Source of the DNA: Alphaproteobacteria bacterium
GTDB taxonomy: Bacteria > Pseudomonadota > Alphaproteobacteria > UBA828
Reading direction: 5' to 3'
DNA: 64,000 bases
NCBI GenBank assembly: GCA_965214705.1
Contig: OZ243972.1
Location: 1,504,001-1,568,000 of the forward strand
The notes under the pieces are model-generated. The model had not been told where the DNA came from and did no database searches. It was given only the letters and a program-made list of their open reading frames with translations. How positions within the stretch are numbered: the stretch's first letter is position 1; each line of letters starts with the position of its first letter. The position numbers and the translations under genes are program-made. Below, piece by piece: positions 53,046-63,882 of the stretch.

Positions 53046-55364
53046 TTACAGCCATCCCCGATCGCGGAATGCGTCGAGATCCACGCCGGGCGGCGCGTAC
53101 CAGCCATCCGCCCCGTATCGGGCGCCCATGCTGAAGGCCACTTCCTTGTTTCCGTACGGAATCCGAAGCGGCGTCGGCGAACCCGCGCTCGTCCGTGCCG
53201 TGCCGGCCGCTGTTTCGTTCCGGACAGGCTCCGGCCCGGACGTCCGACGCGATCCTGTCGCTTTCGGCCTCTCCGTGTCCGTCCGGACTCCCCCCGCCTT
53301 GCCCGGAATCCCGCCTCGTGACGCGGCGCCGGCCGTCCCGCCGCCCGAATTCCCTCCCGCCTGCTGCCCAGCGTTCCGCCTTGGGGCATGCTCATTGAGG
53401 AACGCCCGGCAGAGCGCCACCGACTTCGTGTATCCGGCCGGCGGCTTGATCCCTTTGCTCCTCGCGATCGAGGCCGCGAACTTCCGCATCTTCGCCGTCG
53501 GCGGCCGATCCCCGCCGCTGCCGGCGGCTTCACCAACGTCCACGACCTCTCCATCCGCGCCGCGCTCCCCGAGCCGGCCGATGATGCGCCGCGCCGAGTC
53601 GCACACGGCGTCGATCGCCCCCGTCATCTCCTGCCGGCCGGTCAGCACGTCGTCGAGCAGGCACTCGAGTTCCGCCGTCACGCCCGGGTCCACCAGCGCG
53701 GGATCGGCACGCTTCAGCACGCCGAACAGCGCGAGGCCCTGGTCGGTCGGCACTATGTTCTTCCCCTGCGCAGTCAGGAACCCCTGCTTCTTCAGGCCCG
53801 AAATGATCTCCGCCCGCGTCGCCGGCGTGCCGATCCCCTTGGCCTCCCGCAGCCGTTCGCGGAGCGCCTCGTCCTCGACGAAGCGCCATGCGTTCTGCAT
53901 CGCCTCGATCAGCGTGCCCTCCCGGTAACGGGGCGGAGGGCGCGTCTCCTTGTCCTCGATCGTGGGATCACGGAGACGCGCGGCATCGCCGTTCCGCAAG
54001 GGCGGCAGCGCCTGCGCCGCCTCGCCCTTCTCCTCGTCGGGCCGCCAGTCCGGAAAGGCGCCGCGCCAGCCGACTTCGATGGGCTGGCGCCCCGTCGCCC
54101 GGAACTCGAATCCCCGCACGTCCATGGTCACCGTGGTCTGGCGGTAGCGGTAGTCCGGCATGACCGAGGCCAGGTAGGACCGCGCGACCGCATCGAACAG
54201 CTTCTTCTCGTCCGCCGAGAGACGGGGCCAGACCTCGCGCAGGTCGCCAATCCTGTTCACGTTGGGGACGATCGCGTGATGGCTCGCGCCCTCCAGCCCC
54301 TTGTCGTGGAAGGCGCCGTTCCGGCCCTTGCGGATCGCCGGCGGCGACGGCACCGGGATATCCGCGTAAGCCCGGCCCGCGCACAGGCCCGCGACAATCT
54401 TCGGCACGTCCGCGGCGGCGCTCTCCGGCAGGTAGCGCACCTCGGCGCGGGGGTAGGTCAGGATCTTCTTGCCCTCCCCGTCGTAGAGCTCCTGCGCCAC
54501 CTCCAGCGCCTTAGACGCGGACCAGCCGAAGCGCGAGCTGCACAGCTTCTGCAGCGAGGGCAGGTCGTGCAGACGCGGCGGACGCTGGCGCTTGTCCTCG
54601 ACGCGCACGCCGAGCGGTCCCTCGAATTCCCGCGCCGCCTCGGCGACCGCCTCAGCCTTCGCGCGCTCGACGATGCGCTCCTTCGGCGCATGCCGCATCC
54701 TGAACTCGCCGCTCTCAGCGTGCGCCGTCGCCACCACCTCGAAATACTCCACCGGCACGAAGTCCCGGATCTCCAGCTCCCGCCGGCAGGCGAGCGCCAG
54801 CGTCGGCGTCTTGACCCGGCCGATCCCGATCACACCCCGCGAGCCTCGGCCCAGCGTCACCGTCGCGGTGCGGGTGAGCGACAGGTTGTAGATCTGATCC
54901 GCCTGCCGGCGTGCCACCGCCGCCTCGTAGAGCCGGGCGTGCTCGCCGTTGGGCCGGGCGCGCCGGAACGCCGCGCGAATGGTCTCCCCGTCCTGCGCCG
55001 TGAACAGCACCCGCAGCACCTCACCCCGGTAGCGGCAGTGTTCCAGGATTTCCTGGCCGATCAGCTGCCCCTCGCGGTCGCAGTCGGTGGCGAGCCACAC
55101 CCGGTCTGCCGTCTTCAGCGCGGCCCGGATCGCCTTCAGCTTCGCCGCCTTGTTACCGCCGGTGGCCGGCTTGGTGCCGTAGAGCCCGTCCGGCTTGAGC
55201 AATGCCGTCGACCAGCGCTTCCAGGCCGGGTTCACGTCCTCGGGCTCGCACAGGTCCAGCAGATGGCCCTCCGCTGCAAGAACTGCGCCGTAGCGCGAGC
55301 CCACGGCGGCCCGCACGTCCTTCGCCTGGCTCGCCTTCTCGGTGATGACGATCTGGCGCGTCAC
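53046..55364 (-). CDS. topB: type IA DNA topoisomerase III (plasmid/ICE type)
   Basis: ITEK, EGHL, ATDCDREG, GRVKTPT, LTYPR, GIGTPATRAEII. Confidence 0.92.
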   Translation of the reverse strand: MTRQIVITEKASQAKDVRAAVGSRYGAVLAAEGHLLDLCEPEDVNPAWKRWSTALLKPDGLYGTKPATGGNKAAKLKAIRAALKTADRVWLATDCDREGQLIGQEILEHCRYRGEVLRVLFTAQDGETIRAAFRRARPNGEHARLYEAAVARRQADQIYNLSLTRTATVTLGRGSRGVIGIGRVKTPTLALACRRELEIRDFVPVEYFEVVATAHAESGEFRMRHAPKERIVERAKAEAVAEAAREFEGPLGVRVEDKRQRPPRLHDLPSLQKLCSSRFGWSASKALEVAQELYDGEGKKILTYPRAEVRYLPESAAADVPKIVAGLCAGRAYADIPVPSPPAIRKGRNGAFHDKGLEGASHHAIVPNVNRIGDLREVWPRLSADEKKLFDAVARSYLASVMPDYRYRQTTVTMDVRGFEFRATGRQPIEVGWRGAFPDWRPDEEKGEAAQALPPLRNGDAARLRDPTIEDKETRPPPRYREGTLIEAMQNAWRFVEDEALRERLREAKGIGTPATRAEIISGLKKQGFLTAQGKNIVPTDQGLALFGVLKRADPALVDPGVTAELECLLDDVLTGRQEMTGAIDAVCDSARRIIGRLGERGADGEVVDVGEAAGSGGDRPPTAKMRKFAASIARSKGIKPPAGYTKSVALCRAFLNEHAPRRNAGQQAGGNSGGGTAGAASRGGIPGKAGGVRTDTERPKATGSRRTSGPEPVRNETAAGTARTSAGSPTPLRIPYGNKEVAFSMGARYGADGWYAPPGVDLDAFRDRGWL

Positions 55365-57343
55365 GGCGCGCCCTCATGCGAGGCTCCGCCGACACCCTTC
55401 TCTGCCGGCGCGGCCGCGATGGCGGCCAGGAAGGGCACGGCGAACTCCTTCATCTTGGCCGCGCCCACGCCGTTGACCTCGGCGAACTCCGCCTCGGTGC
55501 GCGGCCGGCGGCGCACCATGTCGATCAGCGTCCGGTCCGGGAACACGATGTAGGCCGGTACGCCCCGCTCCCGCGCGATCTCCAGGCGCAAGGCCTTGAG
55601 GGCGCCCAGCAGCACCGTGTCTTCGCCGGCCAGGGCCGGTTCCCCGGCATCGCCGCTGGCCGCGCCTGAGTCCCGGGCCTTCGCGGGCGTGCGCGCGATG
55701 ACGGTGTCCTCGCGGTAGAGGAATTCGCCGTCGCCGCGCAGCAGGCCCAGCCCCTTGTCCGTGATCCCGATCCCGCCGTAGCCCCCGATGTCGATCCGCA
55801 GGAACCCCGTCGCCACCATCTGGCGGATCAGCGAGCGCCACTCGTTCTTGCCGCGCTCCGCGCCCACCCCGAAGGTCGGTATCCGGTCATGGCCGAAGCG
55901 CGCGATCTTGTCCGTCCCCGTCCCCCGCAGGATGTCGATCAGGTGCGCGGCCCCGAAGCGCTGGCCCGACCTATAGGCGGCCCAGAGGGTCTTCCGCGCG
56001 TCCTCGGTCCCGTCGACGCGCTCCGACGGATCGAGGCAGACGTCGCAGTTGCCGCACGGCTCGATCCGCTCCCCGAAATACTCCAGCAGCGCAACCCGCC
56101 GGCAGGCCGGCGCCTCGCAGTAGCCCAGCAGGGCGTCGAGGCGCTTGTGCTCCCGGCGCTTGCGCTCCGGCCCCGCATCCTCGTCCTCGATGAACTGCCG
56201 ACGCATCCTGATGTCCTCGAGGCCGTAGAGCATGTGCGCCTCGGCCGGGGCGCCGTCGCGGCCCGCGCGGCCGATCTCCTGGTAGTAGGCCTCGACGCTG
56301 CCCGGCAGATCGGTGTGGAAGACGTAGCGCACGTCCGCCTTGTCGATCCCCATGCCGAAGGCGATGGTGGCGACGATCACCACGCCCGGCTCGGTCATGA
56401 ATATGTTCTGGTGCGCCTCCCGCTCTTCCTTCTCCATGCCGGCGTGGTAGGGGAGCGCGCGCACCCCGTCCGCCGCCAGCATGGCGGCGGTCTCCTCGGT
56501 CTTGCGGCGCGACAGGCAGTAGACGATGCCGCTCTCGCCCTCGTGACGGGCGATGAAGTTCCCGAGCTGGCGCTTCCAGTCGCGCTTCATCTCCACCGCG
56601 AGCCTGATGTTGGGGCGGTCGAAGCCGAGCACGAACTGCTCGGCCCGACTGCCGAACAGCTTGTCCACGATGTCGTTCCGCGTCACCTCGTCGGCGGTTG
56701 CCGTCAACGCCGCAATCGGGACGCCGGGGAAGAGCTCGCGCAGCCGGCAGAGGTCCTCGTACTCGGGCCGGAAGGCCGGGCCCCACTGCGAGATGCAGTG
56801 GGCCTCGTCGATGGCGAAGAGCCTGACAGGAAGGCGGGCGAGCGCGTCCAACATGCGCTCCGTCATCAGCCGCTCGGGGGCCATGTAGAGAAGCCGTGTC
56901 CGGCCCGCCGCCGCCCGGCGCCAGGCCGCGACGTTGGCGCCCCTGTCGTTCGCGGAGTTGATGCAGTCGGCGGCGACGCCCGCCAGCCGGAGCGCGGACA
57001 CCTGGTCCTGCATCAGGGCGATCAGGGGGGATACCACCACCGTGAGCCCGTCCATGACCAGGGCGGGGATCTGAAAGCAGAGCGACTTGCCCGAGCCGGT
57101 CGGCATCACGGTGAGCGCATGGCGGCCAGCCAGGAGCGTCTCGATCACCCCTTCCTGACCGGGACGGAACTCTTCGAAGCCGAAGACCTCCCGAAGCACC
57201 CTGCCCGCAGCCCCCGGGGCCATCGCTCCGACGCAGGGGTCGTTCTTCCCGTTGCCCGTCTGCGCCGGCGGCGGACCGTTCGACACGCCCGGCGGCGTGC
57301 TCTCCGAGAGCGCCGCCGGGCGCCCATGCGCCCGGTCCATCAA
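55361..57343 (-). CDS. recQ: RecQ DNA helicase with HRDC domain (start uncertain)
   Basis: MPTGSGKS, DEAHCISQWG, ATIAFGMGIDK, QEIGRAGRDG, CGNCDVC, PAYIVF.D.TL. Confidence 0.95.
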   Translation of the reverse strand: MMDRAHGRPAALSESTPPGVSNGPPPAQTGNGKNDPCVGAMAPGAAGRVLREVFGFEEFRPGQEGVIETLLAGRHALTVMPTGSGKSLCFQIPALVMDGLTVVVSPLIALMQDQVSALRLAGVAADCINSANDRGANVAAWRRAAAGRTRLLYMAPERLMTERMLDALARLPVRLFAIDEAHCISQWGPAFRPEYEDLCRLRELFPGVPIAALTATADEVTRNDIVDKLFGSRAEQFVLGFDRPNIRLAVEMKRDWKRQLGNFIARHEGESGIVYCLSRRKTEETAAMLAADGVRALPYHAGMEKEEREAHQNIFMTEPGVVIVATIAFGMGIDKADVRYVFHTDLPGSVEAYYQEIGRAGRDGAPAEAHMLYGLEDIRMRRQFIEDEDAGPERKRREHKRLDALLGYCEAPACRRVALLEYFGERIEPCGNCDVCLDPSERVDGTEDARKTLWAAYRSGQRFGAAHLIDILRGTGTDKIARFGHDRIPTFGVGAERGKNEWRSLIRQMVATGFLRIDIGGYGGIGITDKGLGLLRGDGEFLYREDTVIARTPAKARDSGAASGDAGEPALAGEDTVLLGALKALRLEIARERGVPAYIVFPDRTLIDMVRRRPRTEAEFAEVNGVGAAKMKEFAVPFLAAIAAAPAEKGVGGASHEGAP

Positions 57344-57650
57344 CCCAGCGTCTCCTCATGTCCGACCGTATGGCGCATGAAGACTCCTTATCACGAATCG
57401 GCGCATCGACGCGATTTCGCGGACCGCGCGGCGTCTCGCCGGCCGGGACTCTTCCACGGGTCCCGAGTGAACCCGTCCCCTCCCTGCAGCAGTGGAGTCC
57501 TGGCCGTATGCAGGCCGCCGCCGCGCACGCTCGGGCCCTATCGTCACAGGCATTGTTGGATCTCCCGGCCGGTCCTCGACGGACAACCGAGAAGCGTTCG
57601 CGATCCGTATCCATCGACCGAGACGCCATCAAGAGGGAGAAGTCCGTTCC

Positions 57651-58442
57651 CTACCCGCCGGTGGCGGTCCCCGTCCTGCCCTTCGCGTCAGGAGTTGCCT
57701 TCCGCGCCGTCTCGCCCGCCGCTGCCTTGCGCCTGATGTGGATCGCGTTCCCTGGCCCCTTGCGAACCTCGAAGCCGCCGGACTTCGTCGCCAGCGTGCT
57801 CAGGTTGGCACAGCCATAGGTGCGCGGATCGAAATCCGGCGCCGCGCCCAGGATGCGGCTGCCCACCGTGCCCAGATGCACCCAGCCGTCTTCGTCGTCA
57901 TCCTCCATCGCCTTGGCGATGACCGGCACCGCCTTCTTCGGCGATTGCTTCTTCCGCCGCGATGCGCCGGCCTCGGCATCTCCCTTTTCCGCCCCCGTCT
58001 CCAGGATGTTCTCGAGGTAGATGAACCGCGAACAGGCATTCCGGAAGGCCTCCGGCGTCTTGCGCTCGCCAAAGCCGTAGACCGCCAGCCCGTGCTCTCG
58101 CAGGCGCTGCGCCAGGCGAGTGAAATCGCTATCCGAGCTGACCAGGCAAAAGCCGTCCAATCGGCCCTTGTGCATCAAGTCCATGGCATCGATCACCAGC
58201 GCGATATCGGCCGCGTTCTTGCCCTTGGTGTTGCTGCGCTGCTGATGCTGCAATATCGCAAGCGACTGGATTGCGGCGTCCCAGCCGGCCAACCGGCTCC
58301 CGGAGAAGTCGCCGTAGATGCGCCGCACGTTGGCCCCGCCGAGCTTGACGATCTCCTCGAAGAGCGCCTGCGCGTAGCGGGCACTGGTGTTGTCGGCGTC
58401 GATCAGCACCGCCAGACTCGGCGCCGCTCCGTCTTCCCGCAT
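57651..58442 (-). CDS. NYN (LabA/DUF88) plus OST-HTH protein
   Basis: LAVLIDADN, GKNAADIALVIDAMD, SSDSDF, DFDPRTYG. Confidence 0.92.
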   Translation of the reverse strand: MREDGAAPSLAVLIDADNTSARYAQALFEEIVKLGGANVRRIYGDFSGSRLAGWDAAIQSLAILQHQQRSNTKGKNAADIALVIDAMDLMHKGRLDGFCLVSSDSDFTRLAQRLREHGLAVYGFGERKTPEAFRNACSRFIYLENILETGAEKGDAEAGASRRKKQSPKKAVPVIAKAMEDDDEDGWVHLGTVGSRILGAAPDFDPRTYGCANLSTLATKSGGFEVRKGPGNAIHIRRKAAAGETARKATPDAKGRTGTATGG

Positions 58443-58936
58443 GTCCCCTCCCCAACGCATTTCCCGGACGGCCAAGCCCAGTCGCGACAGCTTTCCGCTT
58501 CCGCGCCTCGTTATCAATCTCGTACCGACGGTGCCACGCGTCGACACTCCGAACCTGCTTGCAGCCCTTGAACCCACTTCGGTTTGCAGGGAAAGGCTTA
58601 TCCCGTTGAGCACGGCTTCTCAATATGTGGGGCACCGGGTCGCCCGCCATTCGGCGGGTAAGTCCTTGAAACAGGGAAAGAACCGGGACCATGACGAATG
58701 ATTTCGCCGACGCGGCCGGTACAGCATCTTGGGAAGCCGGAACCAAAGGGATAAGCCTTTGCAGGGATTCTGCGGCTTGATCGTCCCGTCGCCGTCCCCC
58801 GGTTTCCTGGCCCGGGCGTGCCCGCGCACCGGGGCCGCGTTGCGAGGAGAAGCACGCCATTCCCGCACGACGCAAGCTCAACGGCCCGAAGCCGGCCGCC
58901 GCACAGAATCTTCGCCTTGCCGCCCTTCCGGAGTTC

Positions 58937-60820
58937 GTGACTCCCGAGTGGCTACGCGAACACCACCACCTGATGAAGGCGGATCTGCGCAAGCTGGCCG
59001 CCGCGATCGGCGAGGACTACACGGACTGGCCGACGGCGGCCGACGGGAGCGACGATGCCGCCTTCTGGCGCGCGGTGCACGAGCTTTCGCAGCGCTGGAC
59101 CTGGTTCCTGTGCCGGTTCGAGGCTCGGATCCTGACGCTGTTCGGCGACGTCAAGGGAACGAAGAAGCAGCTCGCCCCGCGCGTCCTCAAGGACGCCGCG
59201 AAGCGGGCGCAGGCGCTGAACTGCACCACTGGAGACGAACCGGACCTGACCATCCTCGACGACCTCGATGCCTTATGGGAGGCGGGAGAGCACGGGCTGG
59301 TCGCGCAATCGGTGTGGGTCCTCGCCTGCCTCGAGGGGGAGGCTGGCCAGTACATGCTGTCCTCCTGGCTAGCGAAGCCAGAGGTCGAGAGGCTGATCGG
59401 CTCCGCTGTCCGCCGCGCTTCCATCTGCCCGAGCCCCGAGCGCGCCGATCTGGTCGAGAGGCTGATCCACCAAAGCGGCGGGGCGCATCTGGAAGGGCTG
59501 GTTGAGCGCGCGGACAAGGAATGCGAGGCCCTGCGCAAGGACATGGCCGAGAGCTACGGCAGGCTGAGAGACTTCGTCGCCGAGAACGACGACTATCGCC
59601 TGGCGGCGGACGTGCTGTCGTACATGCTTATCGACTTGGGAGTGTCCGACGACGAGCTCGACGAAATGGAGTCGGCGCGCGACCACGCACAGACCCGTTG
59701 CCGCCATGCCGCGCTACGCTCACTGCTCGAAGGAACCGTCGACGCGATGGGGCAGACGAGGTTTGCGGGTGAACAGGACGCGCTGAAAGGGCGGGTTGAA
59801 ACGCTCCTCCGCGACGGCGGCTTGCCGCTCCACTTCCCGGACGCCGAATGGGAGAGTTGCCGCAAGCTGGCAGAGGACTTCCGCAGCGGCATCCTCGAGG
59901 CGGCGCCGCACGAGCTGGCGCTGCGCGAAGCCTCCCGGCGCTACGCCGAGGACCCGAGCGCTGCGAACCGCGACGCTCTCCACGCGGCCGCCTCGGCCGA
60001 CCGCGCCGACGACGCTTCGGCCGAGCCTGCGGCGGCGGCGCTCGACGAAATCGCCGCCTGTCTCGACGGCCTCGTCGCGGGCTTCGGCTCCGTGGCGGAT
60101 CGCAAGGATGCCGCAGAGGACAGCGGCGACGCGGAAGCCGCCGGCGGCGAGGCGCCGGATGCGGAGACCGCGCTCCGAGCCGAGAACGCCGCGCTGAAGG
60201 CGGCCAACCGGGAAGCCGAGGAGCGCATTGCGTCGCTCAAGCAGGCCCTCGGGGACGCCGCAGACGAGAATGACGGCTTGCGCCGGGACAGGCACCGCCT
60301 GCAGCAGAGAATCACCGCCCTCGACGGCGGCGAACCCGCCCCTGGCGACGACGCACCCGCCAATGACGAACCCGTGCCGCCCCTGCAGAGCTACGCGGAC
60401 CTTCCCGCCTGGACGGAACGGCATTTCCCGGGACGCGTGGCGCTCTCCGGACGTGCGCTGAGGTCGCTCAGGAGCGCCGCTTTCGAGGACGTCGCTCTCG
60501 TCGGCAAGGCCATCGAACTGCTGGGCACCACCTACCACGAGATCAAGACGGAGGGAGGCAAGGTTTCGCGCGAGACCTACGAATGCGAACTTCGCGAGTT
60601 GCGCCTCCAGGACGCGCCCGGCCTCAGTCCCACCGCTCAGGGCAGGGCGCGGGACGATTTCTCGATCGAGTGGAACGGCCGCAGCCTGACCCTCGACCGT
60701 CATCTGAAGAACAACGCCAGGACCCGGGACCCCAGGCACTGCTTCCGCCTCTACTTCACCTGGGACGACGACGCCGGCCAGGTCGTGATCGGTCATCTTC
60801 CGGGACACATGAAGATATAG
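58937..60820 (+). CDS. large helical/coiled-coil protein with C-terminal RelE-like domain
   Basis: Host-like codon use; C-terminus HLK..DPRHCFRLYFTWD..VVIGHLPGHM. Confidence 0.7.
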   Translation: MTPEWLREHHHLMKADLRKLAAAIGEDYTDWPTAADGSDDAAFWRAVHELSQRWTWFLCRFEARILTLFGDVKGTKKQLAPRVLKDAAKRAQALNCTTGDEPDLTILDDLDALWEAGEHGLVAQSVWVLACLEGEAGQYMLSSWLAKPEVERLIGSAVRRASICPSPERADLVERLIHQSGGAHLEGLVERADKECEALRKDMAESYGRLRDFVAENDDYRLAADVLSYMLIDLGVSDDELDEMESARDHAQTRCRHAALRSLLEGTVDAMGQTRFAGEQDALKGRVETLLRDGGLPLHFPDAEWESCRKLAEDFRSGILEAAPHELALREASRRYAEDPSAANRDALHAAASADRADDASAEPAAAALDEIAACLDGLVAGFGSVADRKDAAEDSGDAEAAGGEAPDAETALRAENAALKAANREAEERIASLKQALGDAADENDGLRRDRHRLQQRITALDGGEPAPGDDAPANDEPVPPLQSYADLPAWTERHFPGRVALSGRALRSLRSAAFEDVALVGKAIELLGTTYHEIKTEGGKVSRETYECELRELRLQDAPGLSPTAQGRARDDFSIEWNGRSLTLDRHLKNNARTRDPRHCFRLYFTWDDDAGQVVIGHLPGHMKI

Positions 60821-61312
60821 GCCAGGACTTGCTGCGCTCTTCATACCTCTTGGCACGGCGCCGAACGCAGGACGAAAGACCGAAATGAGCCAACCGTTGC
60901 AGGGCGCGGCCAAGGCCCTGCGGAGGTTCCGCACCTGTGGCCCAAGGGAGGCGGCAAGAGGCTTCGCCTGTACCTGGGGGCGCTGACCGAAGAAGAGGGA
61001 ATGTCTGTCTGGTCCTACACGAATCCGGTCGACCACGCCGCGACCCTCATGGTGCTGCTCGCCGCGGCAGAGCACGAGTTCCCCGACTTCGATCCCGAGC
61101 GTCCGCCCAAGACCCCTGTGTCGCCCCACCTGCGGTGGGCAGTTCAAAGGCCTCTCGAGGACCATGCCCTGCACCGGATAGTCTGCTATCCGCGAGCGAA
61201 GTCGGTCTCGGTGCGGTGCAAAGTAAGCGGTATCGAGGCCCCATACTTTCAACGCATCTGATTTCGCGGCTGACTCTTGGGCTTGGCAAGGAGCCTTGGA
61301 GGAGGCATCGCG

Positions 61313-61830
61313 ATGAAGGATTTGGATTTGCTGCGTGGCCACGAGTTCGGCGGCCACTCGGTCGAGGCGCGAGCGCCTGAAGAAGCCGCCCCATCTGGCG
61401 CAGCCCCATCTACGGCAACTGTTCCGGCTGATCACACTCGGCGGTCATGGTCCGCCGAGGAGAAGGCACGGATCGTCGCGGAGAGCGACGGGCCGGGAGT
61501 TGTGCAGAAGGAGGTCGCGGCTCGCCACGGCATCAGCGCACAAACTCTTCGTCAGTGGCGCAGTCGGTCAGCGGCTTCCGGGAAGCGGCGTGGCCGGCCT
61601 TGGCCGGCTGATGTGAAGGCGCGGATCGTTGCGGAGAGCGAGCGCCCGGATTCATCGATATCGGCAGTTGCCCGCCGTCACGGCGTCAGCGAGAAGACGC
61701 TGCGCACCTGGCGTCGCCAGGCGGCGAGTGACGCTGGTGGCGATCGGCAGGGAGCCGGGTCTTCGCCCCCCTATATTCCGGTTGTAGTTGACGGGTCTGC
61801 GTCCGGGCAGACGATGGCGACCGGCTCGCT
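61313..61830 (+). pseudogene. TnpA-like protein with tandem HTH domains (orphan)
   Basis: RRSWSAEEKARIVAES..ARHGIS..WR repeated twice; GGAGG RBS. Confidence 0.65.
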
Positions 61831-61879
61831 CCGCGCCCTCGGATGGGAGGACGCCCGGTGCGACGACAACGGATCGGGC

Positions 61880-62255
61880 CCAGCCCGCGATGCGAAGTGC
61901 GGTCCGGTCCGCGCACCGAACCGTCGGCGCAACCGCGGGAGCGACAGAGGAGGAAGCGCCGGTGGAGGCCGGGAGCTTTTCGATCGCCGCTCTCGGCGGG
62001 TACATCCAGACCCGGCGTGGCATCCCACGTCCGGCGCCGGGGCGCCGCCGGGGCGCGGACGAGCGCTTTCGGCGCTTCCCGCGCTTGTTGCCGCCAATAC
62101 GGCTCTCTACGAAGCCATGCGTGCGCCAGGCGGCGACCCCGCGCTCTCCGAACGGCTCGGTGTCGCAAAGGGCGAGGTCCGGCGCCTCATCGACCTGGAT
62201 TATCCCTCGCCCATCGGCAGGTCGAAGCGGCTCTCCGTGCGCTCGGGCGGCGGCA
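61880..62255 (+). pseudogene. HicB-family antitoxin, frameshifted
   Basis: TAGATEEEA..AALGGYI..IPRP and LPALVAA..LYEAMR..RLG..EVRRLIDL in different frames. Confidence 0.65.
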
Positions 62256-62293
62256 AACATATCGTGTGTTGCCGACACGAATTTGCCGGGAGG

Positions 62294-62550
62294 TGTCGAG
62301 CACATTTTGAGTTGACCGGTCTATGTACCAAATGAGTTGACCGCTTCTGTTGTTGTGGTTGGCCTGTGGGGGGAAGTGGTCAGGCGCGGAGCGACTGTTC
62401 ACTTGTCCACAGGCCCCTGGCTGGTCGCGTCGAAGCGTCTCACGCGGCCTGCCGGGTTGGCGTGTCGATGGGCTCGCCCGTGGCCCGGTATCGTGCCAGG
62501 CACCGGGGACCGTGGAAGACGGCCAGCGTGTCGTCGGGATACTCGTGCAT
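62294..62550 (-). mobile_element. IS1202-group right end with transposase C-terminal stub
   Basis: Homologous to 866-1120; HEYPDDTLAVFHGPRCLARY. Confidence 0.75.
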
Positions 62551-62605
62551 GACAGTCGTCTCGATTCCCGATAGTGTGTGGGCGATCTCGTAACAGGAGC
62601 TGACT

Positions 62606-63610
62606 ATGTGCCGCCTTGCGGCAATTGCCGTCGTTGGTGCCCTTCTGCTCCTCCCGTCTATTGCGTCCGCTGTCTGCGAGGGGCAGGACTTGCGCGAAAC
62701 GCTGGCGCCGGAAGCGATGCGAGAGCTTCGCGCCCGCGCGGCGGACATGGCCTTCCACGAAGGGATCGCATTCGAAGCGCTGCGCGGCGAGAAGCGCCTG
62801 ACACTGTTCGGCACGATGCACGTCACCGACCCGGGAGTCTTCGTCCCGGAGGAGATCGCCGCACGCGTCGAGGGGGCCGACCTGTTGTTGGTGGAAGTGC
62901 CGTCCGACGTGATGGCGGACTTCGACCGAACACTCGTGGCAGACCCGGCGCTACTGTTCGACGCCGAAGGTCCGGGCCTGAAGAGCCGGCTCACGGCCGA
63001 TGAGTGGGAAACTCTGCGCGGGGCGTTCGCGGCCCTGGAGATTGAGTCTGAGGTGGGAGACATGATGCGACCGTGGTTCGCCTCCCTCATGCTCAGCCTC
63101 CCGGCGTGCGAAATGGCCGCCGTGGCGGCTGGCGCGAGAGTTCTCGACGAGCGCGTCGAGGCGCTGGCGCACGCCGCAGGTGTTGCGGTCGGTGGCCTGG
63201 ACGACGACCCCGAGAAGGTCCTCTCCTTCTTCTCTGACCCTTCGGAAGAGGAACAGCTCGAGCTGTTGCGATTGTCGCTCGCGACCTACGCTCTGGCAGA
63301 CGAATACGTCGTGACTCTCGTCAGCGCATGGAACGACGAGGAGACCGCTCTGGTCTGGGAACTGATCCGCGTCTCTGCCGTTGGGTTACACGCGGAGGAC
63401 GCGGCATTGATGGATGTCTGGATGGATCGTATCTGGGAGATTCTCGTCGTTGCGAGAAACCGGAACTGGATGACGGCAATTCTCCAACGAAGCCACGAGG
63501 CGCAGGATGTCGTCGTTGCGATGGGCGCGTTGCATCTGCCCGGCGAGGACGGGCTGCTCCGCCTCCTCGAGCGGGAAGGCTTTGCGATACGCCGCCTGAG
63601 TGTCTTCTGA
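62606..63610 (+). CDS. TraB/GumN (Tiki) family protein with signal peptide
   Basis: CAGGAG RBS; LFGTMH, RNRNW, MGALHLPGEDGL. Confidence 0.92.
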   Translation: MCRLAAIAVVGALLLLPSIASAVCEGQDLRETLAPEAMRELRARAADMAFHEGIAFEALRGEKRLTLFGTMHVTDPGVFVPEEIAARVEGADLLLVEVPSDVMADFDRTLVADPALLFDAEGPGLKSRLTADEWETLRGAFAALEIESEVGDMMRPWFASLMLSLPACEMAAVAAGARVLDERVEALAHAAGVAVGGLDDDPEKVLSFFSDPSEEEQLELLRLSLATYALADEYVVTLVSAWNDEETALVWELIRVSAVGLHAEDAALMDVWMDRIWEILVVARNRNWMTAILQRSHEAQDVVVAMGALHLPGEDGLLRLLEREGFAIRRLSVF

Positions 63611-63738
63611 GGGCATCCTGGCGTGACGCCGCGCCGCTTGGCTGCAGTCGGGTTGCAGTCAGCGGTGTCCGTCATGCGTCGAATGCCCGGGTCCCTGGTC
63701 GTGGCGCGCACCATCGCGGCATGCGTCTCCGGCGGACG

Positions 63739-63882
63739 TGTCGAGCACAATCTGAGTTGACCGGTTTATGTACCAAATGAGTTGACCGCTTCTGTTGCTG
63801 TTGTTGGGCCTGTGGGGAAGTGGTCAGGCGCGGAGCGGCTGTCCACTTCCCCACAGGCCCCTGGCCGGTCCCGTCGAAGCGG
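63739..63882 (-). mobile_element. IS1202-group right end (third copy)
   Basis: TGTCGAGCACAATCTGAGTTGACCG..TGAGTTGACCG, homologous to 62294. Confidence 0.75.

Noticed and set aside
61277-62335. 352-aa TnpA-HicB fusion protein
   Set aside because: Chance read-through across two decayed genes; the HicB N-terminal half is in a different frame
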